Shown: positions 60,214 through 64,000 of the stretch, one piece after another | Numbering within the stretch: the first letter of the stretch is position 1 | Layout: each line of letters begins with the position of its first letter | NCBI GenBank assembly: GCA_051599415.1 | Contig: AP039709.1 | Location: forward strand, 1-64,000 | Source: Savitreella phatthalungensis | Taxonomy: Eukaryota | DNA: 64,000 bases | Direction: 5' to 3' | Position numbers and translations under genes: made by a program | The notes under the pieces: generated by a model | What the model saw: the letters and a program-made list of their open reading frames with translations, nothing else | What the model was told of the DNA's origin: nothing | The model's database searches: none

Positions 60214-61854
60214 ATGGCGACTGAACGCACGCCCGTGGGTGAACGCGCTGCGCAGGCTACTTTTCAAAAGAAGCGTGTTGCAGTTGTCGGGGGAGGTGTC
60301 GCTGGTCTGGCTTGTGTCTGGGCGCTTAATGAACACTCAGAGCACGACGTCGTTCTCTTTGAAGAAAATGATTATGTCGGTGGTCATACACACACAGTAC
60401 CATTCACGACAGACGGGCAGACGACGCCGGTTGACTCCGGCTTCATCGTTGCCAACACTGCTACTTATCCGACTCTCTTGGCGTTCTTCAGAGAAGTCGG
60501 CGTCGTCTTAGACGAGACCGAGATGTCGTTCTCTGTCTCGCGGAACGCAGGTGCCTTTGAATGGAGTGGCTCAGGTTTAACGCAACTCTTTGCGCAAGCA
60601 AGCAACCTCTTGAACCCCGAGCTCTACAGGATGGCCTACGATATCTTCCGCTTCAACCAATATGCTACAGACATTCTCGATGCTCGTGGAGGCGCCGCAG
60701 ATCGCAAACTCACCATTGGTCAGTATCTGGACAAGCATCACTACTCAAAGAGCTTCAGGTGCAACTATCTGGTTCCTATGACTGCATGCATTTGGAGCAC
60801 GAAACCTGACAAAGTGTCGCTCGACTTTCCCGCTCTGACCCTCATCCGCTTTCTGTACAATCATCATCTTCTGCAGTTGGTTGGCAGACCACCTTGGCTG
60901 ACAGTCCAAGGCGGCGCTAAGACATACGTCGACCGGATCTTGTCGAAGTTGCCTGAACATGCCGTGCAAGTAAAGTCGCCCGTGCGCGAAGTATATCGTG
61001 CGGATGGAAAGGTCTATGTTAAATACGGTACGAGCTTTGCCCAGGAAGAGTTTGACCACATTGTTTTCGCGACACATGCAGACACGACCTTATCGATCCT
61101 GGGAAGTCAAGCCACACCTGCGGAACGCGACGTGCTTTCACAATTCGAGTTCAACAAAAATCGTGTTGTGCTGCACAACGATCTGGACCTCATGCCGAGG
61201 CGTAGAGCAGCCTGGACCTCCTGGAACTATCTCACGAAGTCCAGCAATGAAGGAGGCAAAGACCAAGACGTCGACCAGGTCTGCCTTACGTATTGCATGA
61301 ACATTCTACAACACATACCCGAATCACGCTATGGCCCAGTGCTCGTCACGCTGAACCCGCTGTTTGAGCCACGAGCAGAGTCTGTGCAAGGACACTGGGC
61401 ATACGAGCATCCTGCATTCACGCCACAGTCGGTTGCGGCACAGAACCGTCTGGCAGAGATCCAGAATGTCGAAGGGCTCCATACGAGCTTTGCAGGTGCC
61501 TGGACAAAGTACGGATTCCACGAAGACGGCTTCTCATCGGGCTTAGCAGTGGCAGAACACCATCTGGGAGCACATGCACCAGTCAAGTTTATTGACTCGA
61601 CCATGTCTCGCGGCGAATTCAGATCGATCGAGCCAATCGACCGCGTGGCTCGGCTCGCTTTCGCTGCATGCGAGTGCTCTCGGGCCATCCTCAGCGAGAT
61701 CTTGCCAAGAGTGCCAGGCTTCGGCGCCCTTGGCTCTGCTTTAGGTTGGCTTCGCAAAAGGATAGAGGCGCTCGACAGACAGTCAAGCAGTACAGGGATG
61801 CAGACATACAGTGCTGCTATGGTCGCAAAGTGTTCGACAGCTAAAGTAGATTGA
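60214..61854 (+). CDS. FAD-dependent oxidoreductase, COG2907/amine-oxidase-like
   Basis: Rossmann motif VAVVGGGVAG, GGHTHT, PVDSGFIV, MSFSVS, FLYNHHLL, MPRRRAAWTSWNY and GAWTKYGFHEDG. Confidence 0.9.
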   Translation: MATERTPVGERAAQATFQKKRVAVVGGGVAGLACVWALNEHSEHDVVLFEENDYVGGHTHTVPFTTDGQTTPVDSGFIVANTATYPTLLAFFREVGVVLDETEMSFSVSRNAGAFEWSGSGLTQLFAQASNLLNPELYRMAYDIFRFNQYATDILDARGGAADRKLTIGQYLDKHHYSKSFRCNYLVPMTACIWSTKPDKVSLDFPALTLIRFLYNHHLLQLVGRPPWLTVQGGAKTYVDRILSKLPEHAVQVKSPVREVYRADGKVYVKYGTSFAQEEFDHIVFATHADTTLSILGSQATPAERDVLSQFEFNKNRVVLHNDLDLMPRRRAAWTSWNYLTKSSNEGGKDQDVDQVCLTYCMNILQHIPESRYGPVLVTLNPLFEPRAESVQGHWAYEHPAFTPQSVAAQNRLAEIQNVEGLHTSFAGAWTKYGFHEDGFSSGLAVAEHHLGAHAPVKFIDSTMSRGEFRSIEPIDRVARLAFAACECSRAILSEILPRVPGFGALGSALGWLRKRIEALDRQSSSTGMQTYSAAMVAKCSTAKVD

Positions 61855-61931
61855 ATAGAGGATTAAGGTACGCTGTGCACGCACGAATCCCTTCATGGGT
61901 TTGTTGACCTTGCAAACAGATGGTACCTCCG

Positions 61932-62361
61932 CTAGTGGTTGTTCTTCTTCGATGGTGCCAGTCGGAGCTAAAAGTGGTCAGTTCACTGTCGACTACATCT
62001 GTGTACGGATGGGAGAAAGGTCACCTACCGTCGGATCCGAGATGAGGGAGCGCCCCATGGAGAAAACAGCGGCGCCGACGCCGAGCAGCAGGACAGCGGC
62101 CAGTGGGACAAGCTCCGGGGGGACTAATTTGTCAGCTCAGACTGTTCTGTGTGAGGAGCATCAATCGACATCGAACTCACTGTTCTTCAAACGCGCGAGA
62201 CGGGTGCCGGCGGTCTGAGCGTGGTGCTTGCGGCTTGCGGGCTCTTCGGCATTACGCAGCATGCGTGACGCTTGAGCCAGCGTACGACGCTGGCTGACAG
62301 GCGCGACGAGGTTCGCCTGACGCTGAAGGAGCAAATTGCTGTTGCGGAACATGGTCTGCAT
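61932..62361 (-). CDS. NDUFA4/B12D (MLRQ)-like small mitochondrial membrane protein; exons 62361-62181, 62123-62029, 61967-61932
   Basis: Introns GTGAGT..CTGAC..TAG (57 nt) and GTAGGT..CTGAC..TAG (61 nt) give 103 aa: a presequence-like N-terminus plus KNIPPELVPLAAVLLLGVGAAVFSMGRSLISDPTLRL. Confidence 0.85.
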
Positions 62362-62578
62362 GATGGTGATGGAAAGCCTCTATGTTTCGTCGAAGGACCA
62401 TTTTCTGCTTGTGTTCTCGGGTGAATCGCGGGACCGTCGGCGATGCACAACGACAAAAAGGCTAAAAAAAGGTGATCAGCTAAATAGAGAGGTTGAATTC
62501 GAGGGACATATGGATGTTTCTGAAGACACCAAATTTCATATCGTCTACCACAGACTCATTGACAGTGTACTCGCTGAC

Positions 62579-64000
62579 TTAGAGAAAAAGGTCCTGTTCA
62601 TTATCGTCGCTCCATCGCCCTCCGTCGCTGAAGAGCGTGTCCGTGTCATTCGACAAATAGCCGTCCCCTACGCCGAGCCTACTTGCTCGTCGGGGAACGA
62701 ATGGGCGAGTGGCGAAGCACGCGGCCCCGTCGTCCGTAGTGTTTCCGTCGCTATCGGGCTGGGCGGGAGTCCTGGCAGGCTTGTGGGTTCGTCGTCGGGG
62801 ACTCGATCTCGCACCCTTATTGTCGAACCTGTGTTGCGAGCTCATTTCGACATCAGAGGCGGACATGACCAGACCGCCGGACCCGCCTTGCTTGCCCTTG
62901 CCTTTACTCAAAGCTCGACCTTGCTCGAGCAAACGTTCCAGTCGTAAGCGATTGCGAATGAAGAGGAGTCTTGGGAAGGTCGCGATCTGCCCGCCACGAA
63001 TCATATGCGTGAGGCGCTCCAGGGTCGGATCACTCAGAATGCGCGGGAAGTCAGATAGCCTGCTTTGAGGCCAAATGGTGATTGTGCCGTCGAACTTTTG
63101 TAGGAATACAGATGACCAATCTGTGCCTGTGGGTCGTGGGAGAAGCTCAAGGTCTCGCAGGACCTTCAGCCACTTCAGCAGGTCGTGCTTGATAAATTGT
63201 TCAAGTGCACTGCCGATAAAACCTCCGCGCCAGCCGCGACCCCGACGATGGGCAGTCGGTCTGCCCACTTGCCCTCTCGCCGAAAAAAACCAGAGTTTCA
63301 CGTGCGGATTCGCTTGCGCGACAATCGTGAAAGTCACATTGAAGTAGAGGTTTAGAGCATAGACCGGGATGTCCGTGCGAATCGAGCCGTCCTTCCACTT
63401 GTTTCCGAAGTTGTAAGGTATGATTCGCCCATCGCTGCTCTTCTGCATCAGTGGCACTGGCGGTAAAATGCTAGGGACCGCCGCTGAGGCAAGCAGAGCG
63501 GACCAAATAACCGTATCCGGAGCTGTGAGATAATTGATCAGCTTCGGCGGAGAATGCACATCATTAGGAATGCAAGTTATGTTGAGAACGCGACCTGTGC
63601 GCTCAAATGCCTCCTTGAATGTGGTCGACCCCCGAGTGAACGGTCTCGATCGCTCAGCCCAATCCGCGGGGTCGAACTGGGCCCCCGTCCTCCACCACCT
63701 TGCGACACAAGTCTTCATATCTTCGTGACAAGCGGTGATTTTGTAGCACAGCTCGGGCACAAGCAATGTCTTCAACTCCTCCTCCGTATACACGCAGCAT
63801 AGAGACGCAACGATGCCTCCGCCGCTTGTGCCAGTTATCACGTTGGGCAGAAGGCCCTGATCGAGTAAAGCTCGTACGACACCGAAGTGGTAGTAGGCAA
63901 ATGTTGCTCCCCCGGACAGACAAAGAGCTGTTCGCCCGTAATTCCGCGACATGGCCTTGGCGAGTAGCGCTCGTTCATTGCACGACGTGTCCTTGTCCTC
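62579..64000 (-). CDS. Patatin-like phospholipase/triacylglycerol lipase (Tgl3/4/5 family), 5'-partial
   Basis: GRTALCLSGGA, GTSGG nucleophile motif, SAAVP and WKDGS. The frame stays open to the window end. Confidence 0.93.
   Translation of the reverse strand, partial: EDKDTSCNERALLAKAMSRNYGRTALCLSGGATFAYYHFGVVRALLDQGLLPNVITGTSGGGIVASLCCVYTEEELKTLLVPELCYKITACHEDMKTCVARWWRTGAQFDPADWAERSRPFTRGSTTFKEAFERTGRVLNITCIPNDVHSPPKLINYLTAPDTVIWSALLASAAVPSILPPVPLMQKSSDGRIIPYNFGNKWKDGSIRTDIPVYALNLYFNVTFTIVAQANPHVKLWFFSARGQVGRPTAHRRGRGWRGGFIGSALEQFIKHDLLKWLKVLRDLELLPRPTGTDWSSVFLQKFDGTITIWPQSRLSDFPRILSDPTLERLTHMIRGGQIATFPRLLFIRNRLRLERLLEQGRALSKGKGKQGGSGGLVMSASDVEMSSQHRFDNKGARSSPRRRTHKPARTPAQPDSDGNTTDDGAACFATRPFVPRRASRLGVGDGYLSNDTDTLFSDGGRWSDDNEQDLFL

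Overview
Left end of a fungal chromosome from a compact, intron-poor ascomycete. The gene set and style suggest a Taphrinomycotina/Taphrinomycetes-like yeast; this is an inference. The window opens with ~70 bp of untrimmed Oxford Nanopore adapter plus native barcode, then a (CCCTAA)n telomere and a ~0.7-kb degenerate CpG-poor satellite. After that comes a dense run of ~30 mostly housekeeping genes: RFC1, WD40 proteins, a GT34 mannosyltransferase, Ssn6, an Aur1/Ipt1-family protein, Yta7, Vps71, Sar1, primase large subunit, Pdx1, Csn1, Rgp1, PDH kinase, a Myb factor, an ADAM protease, acetyl-CoA synthetase, Utp5, a COG2907-type flavoprotein and a patatin lipase. Four genes that the ORF track splits or misses can be rebuilt through 47-61-nt introns: Sar1, PAC4, a TMEM223-like protein and an NDUFA4/B12D-like protein. 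Three solo LTRs cluster upstream of the Myb gene, and their divergence is dominated by CpG transitions, pointing to repeat-directed cytosine methylation or a RIP-like process. Two ORF-free intergenic blocks (14.3-15.5 kb and 18.0-18.8 kb) contain candidate structured ncRNAs whose identity could not be established by eye. No tRNA, rRNA or CRISPR array was recognised.
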